64,000 bases of DNA. It comes from a candidate division WWE3 bacterium RIFCSPHIGHO2_01_FULL_42_13. GTDB taxonomy: Bacteria; Patescibacteriota; WWE3; UBA101185; UBA10185. The stretch lies in assembly GCA_001772625.1 (NCBI GenBank), contig MEVA01000006.1, positions 27,839-91,838 on the forward strand. The letters run 5' to 3'. Shown here piece after piece: positions 8,725 through 17,052 of this stretch (its first letter is position 1; each line of letters starts with the position of its first letter). A program made the position numbers and the translations under genes. The notes beneath the pieces are model-generated. The model saw only the letters and a program-made list of their open reading frames with translations, was not told the origin of the DNA and did no database searches.

Positions 8725-11301
8725 ATGGAATTATTAATAATTTTGTCTCTAATACTTCTTGCCGTTGTGGGCTTTTTCATTTTTAAGAAAATGAAGGGCT
8801 CTTTTTCCGGTTCTACGACTAGTAAAGACTTGGAAATACTGGAAGTTCAGGTTCATAAATCAGAAGAAGAGCATTATGATGTCCAAACCGCAGCGCTTGC
8901 CGCCGAGCATATGTTTGCCTCCCTGCACGGTCTTCTAAGGGTTGATGCAGTTGCGCAGGAGCAGGTTTCGTTTGAATTTGTGGCAGTTGACGGTGGGATA
9001 AGGTTTTATGTTGCAGTGCCCCCAAATATCTCAAAGTTTGTGGAAAGCCAGATTTATGCTCAGTACCCAACCGCGCACATTAGTAAAGTTGAAGATTACG
9101 CTCCCAGCAAATTTAAAGATGGTGATGGTGAATTTGAAGTAGCCACCCTTACCTTAAAAAAAGCAAACTTTTTTCCAATTAAAACTTTCAGAGATTTTGA
9201 AAGAGACTCACTCTCGTCCGTAACGTCGGCTTTGTCCGAAGCAACCTCTGATGAAAATTTGTGGTTTCAGGTTGTCATAAAGCCAATTGCGGATGTTTGG
9301 CAGGGCGAGGGCTTTGAGTATGTTCAGCAAGTTAGAGAGGGCACAACGGGCAGCGGCACCTTTATGGGCGACCTTCCGGGTGAAATAATTAAAGAATTTA
9401 GTCAGATTGTCAGCACGTTTTTTAAGGCCTTGGTTGGTAGGGCAGAGGAGCCTGTGAAGCCCGGTGGCCTTAAAGTTGAAAGAAAGTTTTTAAACTCTAA
9501 CGAGGAGGTTCAAGTTGAGGCAATAGAAGAAAAACTTTCAAGAATGGGTTTTGAGGTAAACATAAGGCTTCTTTCACGCGCCCAAACTTACGACCGTGCC
9601 GATAGATTATTGCGATCGCTAATCGCTTCTCTACAACAATTTTCAACCGTTCAGCTAAACTCCATTGAGTACGAACAGCACCCCAACAGTGAAAATAAAT
9701 ACAACGAGTACAAAACCCGCTCAATAAACTCAAACAACACATTTGTTTTGAACATTGCCGAGCTCGCTTCCATTTATCACCTACCCTCGGAAAAAGTTGA
9801 GACACCGGGAGTGTTGTGGGTTGGTTCAAAAAAGGCAGAGCCGCCGGCAAATCTCCCAACCACAAACTGTAACTACATAGGGGAAGTCTTGTTTAGAGAC
9901 AAAAAAATGAGATTTGGAATAAGCAACGAGGGCGAAGACCGGGTTCGTCACATGTATCTAATAGGTAAAACCGGAACCGGAAAGTCAACGTTCTTTAAAA
10001 ATATGATTGTTCAGGATATTCTGGCGGGTCACGGTGTTGGAGTTGTGGATCCTCACGGAGATTTGATTGAGGATATATTAGACTACATTCCGGAAAATAG
10101 ACTTAAGGATGTAGTTATGGTTGACCCTTCGGATACGGAGCGGCCGGTTGGTATAAACGTTTTGGAAATAGATGACCAGTCCCAGAAAAACCTCATGGCG
10201 TCGGCTCTTGTTTCGTCCATGGCTAAGCAGTTTGATTACTCTTGGGGGCCAAGACTTGAATATCTGCTTAACTACTCGGTTCTAACCCTTCTTGAGGTCC
10301 CTGGAACCTCCATACTAGGCATTACCCGTTTATTGAACGATATGAACTACCAGAAGTATATTTTGCACCAGATTAAGGATCCTGTGGTTTTGGATTTCTG
10401 GGAGGAAGAGTATAAAGCCATGCGGGGAAATCAGCGTTTAATTACTGAAGCTGTGGCGCCTATTCAAAACAAAATTAACCGATTTCTATCATCAACTACA
10501 ATAAGAAACATTTTGGGTCAAAGAAAGTCTACGATAGATTTTTGGGAAATTATGAACAGCGGCAAAATCCTGCTCCTAAACCTTTCTAAAGGAAAAATCG
10601 GAGAAGATAACGCGAACCTTCTTGGCGCCCTTTTAGTTTCCAGAATTAACTTTATGGCCATGCAGCGTATCAAAATTGACCCGCAACAGCGCAAACCGTT
10701 TTACCTATACGTGGACGAGTTTCAAAACTTCGCCGGAGGAAACTTCGAGTCTATTTTGTCCGAATCGCGAAAATATAAACTTGGGCTACATCTAACTCAC
10801 CAGTTTACTAGCCAACTTCCAGAAGAACTCTTAAGCGCGGTATTTGGAAACGTGGGAACAGTTGCCGCTTTTTCAGTTGGTGCCCAGGACGCAAAAATTT
10901 TGGAAACAGAGTTTTCTCCTTACTTTGACGAAAACGACTTAATTTCGCTTAGAAAGTTTCAGATTTACATTAAGCTTATGATTGACGGTCAAACCTCGAA
11001 ACCCTTCTCCGCAACCGTTCCGCGCCCCTGGATAGCCGAGGAAAGCCTAATTACCAAAACCGGCAACAGACAAAAAGCTTTGGATTTTAGCCGCTTAACG
11101 TATGGCGCGGACAGACAGTACGTTGAGGATAAAATCCGAAAATGGGTCGAATTTAAATTTGACAAGGGAGTAGCAGTTGCTCAAGAATATAATAGCGCGA
11201 ATGCTGGAAATGTAGGGGAGCGTGTGGAGGAGGTTGCTAATCCTATTTCGGAACCTCAACCAGAAGTTCAAAATCCGGAAGGTTCAATAGATTTGAACTA
11301 G
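8725..11301 (+). CDS. TraD/VirD4-like (T4SS coupling-protein family) P-loop NTPase with N-terminal TM anchor
   Basis: Walker A GKTGTGKST. VGVVDPHGDL. Walker B-like FYLYVDEFQNFA. HLTHQF motif. 858 aa. Confidence 0.6.
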   Translation: MELLIILSLILLAVVGFFIFKKMKGSFSGSTTSKDLEILEVQVHKSEEEHYDVQTAALAAEHMFASLHGLLRVDAVAQEQVSFEFVAVDGGIRFYVAVPPNISKFVESQIYAQYPTAHISKVEDYAPSKFKDGDGEFEVATLTLKKANFFPIKTFRDFERDSLSSVTSALSEATSDENLWFQVVIKPIADVWQGEGFEYVQQVREGTTGSGTFMGDLPGEIIKEFSQIVSTFFKALVGRAEEPVKPGGLKVERKFLNSNEEVQVEAIEEKLSRMGFEVNIRLLSRAQTYDRADRLLRSLIASLQQFSTVQLNSIEYEQHPNSENKYNEYKTRSINSNNTFVLNIAELASIYHLPSEKVETPGVLWVGSKKAEPPANLPTTNCNYIGEVLFRDKKMRFGISNEGEDRVRHMYLIGKTGTGKSTFFKNMIVQDILAGHGVGVVDPHGDLIEDILDYIPENRLKDVVMVDPSDTERPVGINVLEIDDQSQKNLMASALVSSMAKQFDYSWGPRLEYLLNYSVLTLLEVPGTSILGITRLLNDMNYQKYILHQIKDPVVLDFWEEEYKAMRGNQRLITEAVAPIQNKINRFLSSTTIRNILGQRKSTIDFWEIMNSGKILLLNLSKGKIGEDNANLLGALLVSRINFMAMQRIKIDPQQRKPFYLYVDEFQNFAGGNFESILSESRKYKLGLHLTHQFTSQLPEELLSAVFGNVGTVAAFSVGAQDAKILETEFSPYFDENDLISLRKFQIYIKLMIDGQTSKPFSATVPRPWIAEESLITKTGNRQKALDFSRLTYGADRQYVEDKIRKWVEFKFDKGVAVAQEYNSANAGNVGERVEEVANPISEPQPEVQNPEGSIDLN

Positions 11302-11320
11302 GAATAAATTAAGGAGACAA

Positions 11321-12178
11321 ATGAAAAACGCCCAAAATAGAGTTAATAATATAGAAAGCCTTTTAAGATCCGCTGAAAGAGATTTAAGAACAGCCACAAA
11401 ACTTTTAAATACCTTAAAAGAGGATATTTCAACCTCTTATGACGATGTTCCGGGCACTTTAGGTGTCTTTGACGGAACGCACATGGTAACCCCCGATGGT
11501 AAAAAATACGAAGTGAACCCAAATTACGCGGCCAAGTCACTGCTTGTTGCTGGAGATAATCTAAAGATGGTTGAAGACGCTGGAAAGCTGCTGTTTAAGC
11601 AGGTGTCAAAAGTGGAAAGAAAAACCCTGGAGGGAATTTTAAATAAAAAAGAGGGTAACTGGTACGCGTTAACCGATTCTGGTTCATACAGGCTTTTGGA
11701 TGTGGCTGTGGAATTTAGACAAGGTGAGGTAAATGATGAGCTAATCGTTTTGATTCCGGCTGGTAGTCCAAACGTTGAGTGGGCGGCTTTGGAGAAAATG
11801 AAGAGGGACGATATTGTTGTTAAACCCAAAGCGGATAAAGAGAATAAAAAGGAAGATGGTGGGGACAAGGACATGAAACAAAAAGATGTGAAAGAAGAGA
11901 AGAAAGAAGTCAAGAAAGTCGAAAAGATGAAGGCACCAGCAAAGCCTGCGCCGGCAGCTAAAAAACCAGAGAAGAAACCCGAGAAGAAAAAAGAAGAAAA
12001 GGAGGACAAAAGGCCTGTTATTAGACCCCCTCGACCACGATTGGGAAAATCTTCAAGCGGATCAAGAAAACCGGACAGCAGACCCCGCATTAGAGAAGCT
12101 AGAGAAGAGGAACCCAAGCTTGCAAGGCCTGCAGCAAGTTCAGAAGCCAAACCTTTATTAGATGACGATTTGAGATAG
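11321..12178 (+). CDS. Hypothetical protein with Lys/Glu/Pro-rich C-terminal tail
   Basis: AAGGAGA SD upstream. Globular N-terminal 170 aa, then a low-complexity KEEKK/PEKK tail. The antisense 208-aa ORF is a low-complexity mirror. Confidence 0.6.
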   Translation: MKNAQNRVNNIESLLRSAERDLRTATKLLNTLKEDISTSYDDVPGTLGVFDGTHMVTPDGKKYEVNPNYAAKSLLVAGDNLKMVEDAGKLLFKQVSKVERKTLEGILNKKEGNWYALTDSGSYRLLDVAVEFRQGEVNDELIVLIPAGSPNVEWAALEKMKRDDIVVKPKADKENKKEDGGDKDMKQKDVKEEKKEVKKVEKMKAPAKPAPAAKKPEKKPEKKKEEKEDKRPVIRPPRPRLGKSSSGSRKPDSRPRIREAREEEPKLARPAASSEAKPLLDDDLR

Positions 12179-12194
12179 TTTTGCGGCGGCTAAG

Positions 12195-12893
12195 TTACTC
12201 GATGGTTTCTTCTTCGGAGAACATTTCCATTTCAGGTTCGTCAATTGCGCCTTTTTTCACGTACGGTTTAAATTCTTGCCTCTCAGCTTTAAAAATTGGA
12301 ATATCGGATTTGAAAAGAATTTTGATAAATTTATCATGCCCGCCGAAGAATACCGCTGTCAGTTCCGCCCGCTGCCTCTTGCCTTTGTTAAGCCTTTTTA
12401 CTAAGTCCGGTTGTCTAAGTTTGCCAATCGTCCTTCCATTTTTTTGAATTGAAACTGAGGCGCGGTTTATTTTCATTTCAAGCTCCTCACGAAGTTCAAA
12501 ATCATCCGCTATTAGTTTTTTTGAAGCAAGCTCTATCATCCCAACTTCGGCGGTTCCCGGCTCTTTTATTAAATGTTTTGTATCCCCACCGTTAGCGCTT
12601 TTTACTGCCTTTTTTTGCTTTGCGAGTTCGAGGTTCTTTCTGGCGATAGAGTTTATCGGATCATCTTTTAATACTTCCTTATAGACACTCTCAGCTTTTT
12701 TGAAGTTTTTAGTTTGAAGGTAAGCCATGCCAAGCCGCATCTTTGCATCGCGGTTTTTTGGTTTGAGTTCGAGGATTTCGAGATTGGTTGGAATCGCGGT
12801 TTTCCAATCCTGGTTTAAAGCCGCTTTCACAGCCTTTTTTTCCAGAATTAACAGGTTTTGCGAATTGCCGTTGCTTACACTGCCGTTTTCCAT
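12195..12893 (-). CDS. TPR-repeat protein
   Basis: TPR-like [28 protein letters not shown]. The ATG at 12893 (MENGSV) is preferred because TGCTAACTT lies 7 nt upstream. ORF is open to 12950. Confidence 0.6.
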   Translation of the reverse strand: MENGSVSNGNSQNLLILEKKAVKAALNQDWKTAIPTNLEILELKPKNRDAKMRLGMAYLQTKNFKKAESVYKEVLKDDPINSIARKNLELAKQKKAVKSANGGDTKHLIKEPGTAEVGMIELASKKLIADDFELREELEMKINRASVSIQKNGRTIGKLRQPDLVKRLNKGKRQRAELTAVFFGGHDKFIKILFKSDIPIFKAERQEFKPYVKKGAIDEPEMEMFSEEETIE

Positions 12894-12956
12894 CACAACA
12901 AAGTTAGCAAATATCGCTGGGATGTCAAGTTTTGGGCGAGGTGTTATCATAACCCC

Positions 12957-13517
12957 ATGTCAGGGCACTCCAAATGGCACAATATCCGCAGAAAAAAAGA
13001 GATTGTGGACGCTAAAAGAGGCAAAACTTTTTCGAAAATGAGCAGACTTATTACAGTTGCCGCGCGCCTCGGTGGGGGAGATCCAAACGCAAACCCGGCC
13101 CTTCGTTTGGCTGTAGACAAAGCAAAAGAGGCCCGAATGCCCAAGGAAAACATTGACCGCGCAATTAAGAAAGGTACCGGCGAACTTGCCGGAGAGAGTT
13201 TTGAAGAGGTGAATTATGAAGGTTACGGACCTGAGGGTGTGGCATTTTTGGTTAAAGCTTTAACGGATAATAAAAACAGAACTGTGGCTGAAATCCGCTA
13301 TATTTTCGACAGACACGGCGGTTCTTTGGGTGGAGTTGGTAGCACAGCTTACATTTTTGGTGTCGATCCGGGCAACCCGACTTTTGAAGTTGAGATAGGG
13401 GAGTCGGATAAGGTAAAAAAGATCGTTGCTTTAATTGATGCACTTGAGGAGAATGACGATGTTCAGGAGGTTTTTGCAAATTTTACGGTTCCCGAAGCGC
13501 TCGAAAGCCACTTATAA
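12957..13517 (+). CDS. yebC: YebC/PmpR-family transcriptional regulator (short form, 186 aa)
   Basis: [27 protein letters not shown]...[37 protein letters not shown] sits 6 nt upstream of the ATG. Confidence 0.9.
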   Translation: MSGHSKWHNIRRKKEIVDAKRGKTFSKMSRLITVAARLGGGDPNANPALRLAVDKAKEARMPKENIDRAIKKGTGELAGESFEEVNYEGYGPEGVAFLVKALTDNKNRTVAEIRYIFDRHGGSLGGVGSTAYIFGVDPGNPTFEVEIGESDKVKKIVALIDALEENDDVQEVFANFTVPEALESHL

Positions 13518-13532
13518 AGTAGAAGTATAAAT

Positions 13533-14345
13533 ATGAATATGCAGCGAAAATATAAATACATCCTTTTGTCCCTTGGAATTGTGGTTTTTCTGTTTAGCTT
13601 TTCTTACACAACCGGTTTCTTGAAAATCTTCAGTGCCGTTATGGCAGTATTTATTGCAACATTGGGTACGGCATTGGTTCAATACACAAGTGTTCAGACA
13701 GAGCATGCATTAAACTACTTCGTCAGGCGAACCTACCTAAGCACCTTAGTTTTGCCTCTCGTTTTGGTTTTAGGCTCCTTACTTTCGTTAATATACTTTC
13801 CGAACCTTGGGCTTCCGACAAGACTTTTAACAATAGGAGCAGTTGGGGGCTTGATGTATGCGATTTCTCTAATGAATAATATTTTTCTTGTGGTTTTTGA
13901 ACGGGCTGAGGTAATTCCGCTTTACAGGGTTGCCCTGACTTGGAGTCAAATACTTTTAACCTTAGTTTCGATTCCATTTTTCTCCGGAATTTTTAAACTT
14001 CCTGTTAACGCAATTTACCAAAGCTTAATTATTGCGGGAACATCCGGGCTTTTTGCTTCGTTTTTGTGGTGGGCTCAAGAAATGGATCCCGAAGTGCCGG
14101 ATATTGGAGCTAGCGAAGAACTTATGAATAGCCTTTTTGTAGCATTCGTGGTTTTTGTGTTTAGTATTTCGACATCGTTTTTTCCCTCCGAATCATTTTT
14201 AAGAGCCTTGTTGGTTTCATCCGTTCTTCTGTCCACACTAGGGTACTTGCAAGCTCATTATAAAAATGTGATTACAAAAAAATTAGTAGTGGAATATGCA
14301 TTTATAACTTTTGTATTTTTATTGTTTGTACTTTTCTTCAACTAA
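13533..14345 (+). CDS. Polytopic membrane protein, unknown function
   Basis: 270-aa ORF, hydrophobic throughout. Confidence 0.6.
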   Translation: MNMQRKYKYILLSLGIVVFLFSFSYTTGFLKIFSAVMAVFIATLGTALVQYTSVQTEHALNYFVRRTYLSTLVLPLVLVLGSLLSLIYFPNLGLPTRLLTIGAVGGLMYAISLMNNIFLVVFERAEVIPLYRVALTWSQILLTLVSIPFFSGIFKLPVNAIYQSLIIAGTSGLFASFLWWAQEMDPEVPDIGASEELMNSLFVAFVVFVFSISTSFFPSESFLRALLVSSVLLSTLGYLQAHYKNVITKKLVVEYAFITFVFLLFVLFFN

Positions 14346-15112
14346 TTTAATACTCCAATTTTCCTTGCTTTTTTGGACACGTAGTGAGGTAGGGAAGTGG
14401 GGCGTGGTTTGAGGCGGGGGAGAAAAGGACCCAAAAATTACCCGAAATGAGTTGCGAACTATAAGACTTAATTAAATAATTATAGGGTATGTTTGTCATA
14501 GGTTCTGTAATCTGTTGATTGGGTTTTACCGCAGTGGCGGCCTAGGATTGCTAAAAAGCGCTGTCATAGTTTTGCACAAGCCACATTGTCATAGATTCTA
14601 GAGTAGGGATGTGGATAAGTGCGACGTCTCCAAAAGAGGCAATCTAGATTACTGGATAGAGTTGGAGGTTAAATAACAAAGTGATAAAGAATAATTTAGT
14701 GTTAAGTATTGTGCGTTTGTTTGTGGGATTTTGAATAAGCTCATTTCGGCTTCCCTTTTTATATGCGTGTCATGTTTTACATATTCATACACCTTACGCG
14801 TCGTTAAACCATCAAATTACGGCGTCTCATGTATAGCAATTTTGACACTCTAGCCCTCCTCTACTTCGCGGGAATAATTCCCAAAGCCTCCATTTTCATA
14901 AAGCACTCCTAAATGTTTGATTGTACATTCATCCCCAGCTTTGTTGCCCAAATTAATCCCTTTTTATTAATCGCAAAATTTCCTCACTGCCCTAAAATTT
15001 GCTCATGGCCATTTTTGACGCATTTTTCGTATATTTACGTCCCCCGCCGCACAAAACTTGCCCCAAAGTATGTAAGTTGATAGCATTAAGTCATTAGCTG
15101 CCCAACTTTTAC

Positions 15113-16078
15113 ATGTCATTAGAAAAACTACTTACAAATTACCTTGAATACTGCGAAGTTGAGAAAAACCTTTCTCAAAATACCATTCAAATGTACGACT
15201 TTTACCTCCGTGATTTTATAACTTGGGCTACAGAGACGCTAAAAAGAGATCTGACGCCCGATGACATAAACGAGGAGCTGGTTAGGAAGTACAGGATTGA
15301 CCTAAATAGACGCATAAGCTCAAAATCTCACCTGGAATTTAAGCGATCCACCCAGAAGAACTTCCTGGTTGCTCTGCGGGCATTCCTTAAGTACTTGATA
15401 GTTAAGGAGCATCTCGATGTTATGGCTCCGGATGAGATAATTTTAGGAAAATCCGAGGCCCGCATCCCCAAAGTTTTAAACGAGGAACAACTAGACAACC
15501 TGCTTAACTCTCAAAACTTAGACAAAAAATCCGGTATCCGCGACCGGGCTATTTTAGAGGTTTTGTTTAGCACCGGCCTGCGGGTTAGTGAGCTTGTTAA
15601 TTTGAACATTTCTGACATAAATCTAAACACCGGCGAGTTTGCCGTTATAGGAAAAGGTAGGAAGGTTAGAACGGTTTACCTTAGCGAGTCGGCCAAGAAC
15701 TGGCTGCGTCGTTATTTGGGAACTCGAAGCGATAAGTTTATTCCCCTCTTCCTGCGGTACAGTGGCAAGAAAATGACTGACGGAGATTTAGAAGGAAAAT
15801 CCTTAAGATTAACTGTTCGAAGTGTCCAGCGGTTGGTGAAAAAGTATACTTTAAGGGCTGGAATTTCGGTTGATGCCACGCCCCACACCCTAAGGCACAC
15901 TTTTGCCACTGGTTTGCTGCGCGAGGGTGCCGACCTGCGAAGCGTGCAGGAGCTTTTGGGTCACTCAAACGTTTCAACAACGCAGATTTACACACACGTT
16001 ACAAACAAGCAGTTAAAAGATGTTCACAAGAAGTTTCATAAGGATGTTGAGGAAGGTGCCGTCTCTTCTTTAATGTAA
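15113..16078 (+). CDS. Tyrosine site-specific recombinase (XerC/XerD-like)
   Basis: N-terminal SAM-like core-binding domain. C-terminal HTLRHTFAT...GADLRSVQELLGHSNVSTTQIYTHV. Confidence 0.85.
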   Translation: MSLEKLLTNYLEYCEVEKNLSQNTIQMYDFYLRDFITWATETLKRDLTPDDINEELVRKYRIDLNRRISSKSHLEFKRSTQKNFLVALRAFLKYLIVKEHLDVMAPDEIILGKSEARIPKVLNEEQLDNLLNSQNLDKKSGIRDRAILEVLFSTGLRVSELVNLNISDINLNTGEFAVIGKGRKVRTVYLSESAKNWLRRYLGTRSDKFIPLFLRYSGKKMTDGDLEGKSLRLTVRSVQRLVKKYTLRAGISVDATPHTLRHTFATGLLREGADLRSVQELLGHSNVSTTQIYTHVTNKQLKDVHKKFHKDVEEGAVSSLM

Positions 16079-16726
16079 TCGTGTTGAATTGAACTTGAAG
16101 CTTCTTCTATGAATCTCACACTGCCCATACCTTAAAAGCATTTCCGCGTGCAGCTTAGTTCCATAACCCTTATGTCTGTCAAAGCCATACAGTGGGTATT
16201 TTTCATGAAAACCAACCATTAACCTGTCCCTATAAACTTTCGCCAAAATTGAAGCTGCGGCAATTGTTATGCTTCTTCTATCGCCACCTGTAATGTTTGT
16301 CTGCTTACTTTCTGCCAAACCCCGTATGCCAAAATGATCTGTTAAAGTGTGTTCAGGTTGTATCGCAAGCCGGTTAACTGAGTTGAAGAAGCCAATTTGA
16401 TTACTTTTTGCTATCCCCCACTCGTCTATTTTTTGGGATGGAATTTCTTCAATCTGGTACGAAATGGCATTTTTAATTATGAACTCAAACATCTTTTCGC
16501 GAACTTTTGCCGTAAGTTTTTTGGAGTCGTTGATAAGGGAGTAAGTTTCAAGAAGTTTTTTTAGTTTTTCTGAAGGATTATACAAGTGGCTTTTGTCCAA
16601 AATTACGCAGGCGACAACAAGGGGCCCAGCTAAAGGACCTCTGCCCGCCTCATCAACACCTGCAATGTGGGTTATACCAGATGACCACAGTTTATTTTCG
16701 AATTTCAACAAAGGATTTAATGGCAC
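16070..16726 (-). CDS. rnhB: Ribonuclease HII
   Basis: GVDEAGRGPLAGPLVVA motif. GTG start with TGTTATTAT 6 nt upstream. Confidence 0.9.
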   Translation of the reverse strand: MPLNPLLKFENKLWSSGITHIAGVDEAGRGPLAGPLVVACVILDKSHLYNPSEKLKKLLETYSLINDSKKLTAKVREKMFEFIIKNAISYQIEEIPSQKIDEWGIAKSNQIGFFNSVNRLAIQPEHTLTDHFGIRGLAESKQTNITGGDRRSITIAAASILAKVYRDRLMVGFHEKYPLYGFDRHKGYGTKLHAEMLLRYGQCEIHRRSFKFNSTRLH

Positions 16727-16779
16727 AAGAGAATAATAACAAAAGAAGCTAGGGAAACTCCGGGCAAATCTCCCTAGCT
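16727..16779 (-). terminator. Rho-independent terminator whose U-tract doubles as the rnhB -10 region
   Basis: 9-bp stem AGCTAGGGA / TCCCTAGCT (16747-16779). On the minus strand it is followed by TCTTTTGTTATTATTCTCTT. Confidence 0.55.
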
Positions 16780-16994
16780 ATGCCTACCAACCAACACTGT
16801 GCCAACCATCGAACCATCGTCGTTCCTAGGCTTAAGTTGTTGCATTCAGACCCTTGCCTTAGCCTTGTCCCCTACGGCTTGGTAAGAGAATACGGTTCAA
16901 AAACGATGAGAAAGGTAACACCCGGTACCGAACCGCTGCGCTGCCGAATGCATTGTTTCTACGGCCGAAAGTCCAGACGCATCGACAAACCGTA
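16780..16994 (-). ncRNA. Candidate structured small RNA, class unknown
   Basis: ORF-free and visibly G+C-rich. It is bracketed by a sigma70-like promoter (17001-17029) and the terminator at 16747-16779. No ORF longer than about 23 codons on the minus strand. Confidence 0.35.
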
Positions 16995-17000
16995 ACTAAA

Positions 17001-17029
17001 ATTCTGGTCTATTTTTGATGCGAAGTCAA
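17001..17029 (-). promoter_or_regulatory. Sigma70-like promoter TTGACT-17 nt-CAGAAT
   Basis: Minus-strand TTGACT (17024-17029) and CAGAAT (17001-17006) with a 17-nt spacer, located just downstream of the gyrA stop. Confidence 0.4.
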
Positions 17030-17052
17030 TTTGCGGAAAAATATAGTAAAAG

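Noticed and set aside
11524-12150. A 208-aa minus-strand ORF antisense to the Lys-rich protein gene.
   Set aside because: Its product is a Ser/Phe/Leu-rich low-complexity mirror of the AAG/GAA-rich sense strand. It has no start context. The sense gene has an SD and a globular N-terminal domain.
14619-14627. A perfect DnaA box (TGTGGATAA) inside the 0.77-kb ORF-free region suggested oriC.
   Set aside because: Only one consensus box was found by eye. There is no cluster of near-consensus boxes, no adjacent dnaA or dnaN, and no obvious strand-bias switch in gene orientation at this point. That is not enough to call an origin.
14764-14791. The imperfect inverted repeat GTGTCATG-N11-CATACAC, containing TATGTAAAAC on the minus strand, resembles the XerD arm of dif (TTATGTAAACT) and sits next to the Xer-type recombinase.
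   Set aside because: The arm spacing and symmetry do not fit the 11-6-11 dif architecture, and only one arm is similar. This is too weak to call without comparative data.
16960-16982. Plus-strand ACGGCCGAAAGTCCAGACGC resembles the RNase P RNA CR-I/P4 signature GAGGAAAGTCCGGGC. A GGTAAGAG-like and a CGGCTT-like string lie nearby.
   Set aside because: On the plus strand the motifs occur in the wrong 5'-3' order for RNase P RNA. Only about 80 nt remain before the gyrA coding region. The promoter and terminator signals in this gap are on the minus strand. The region is kept only as an unclassified sRNA candidate.
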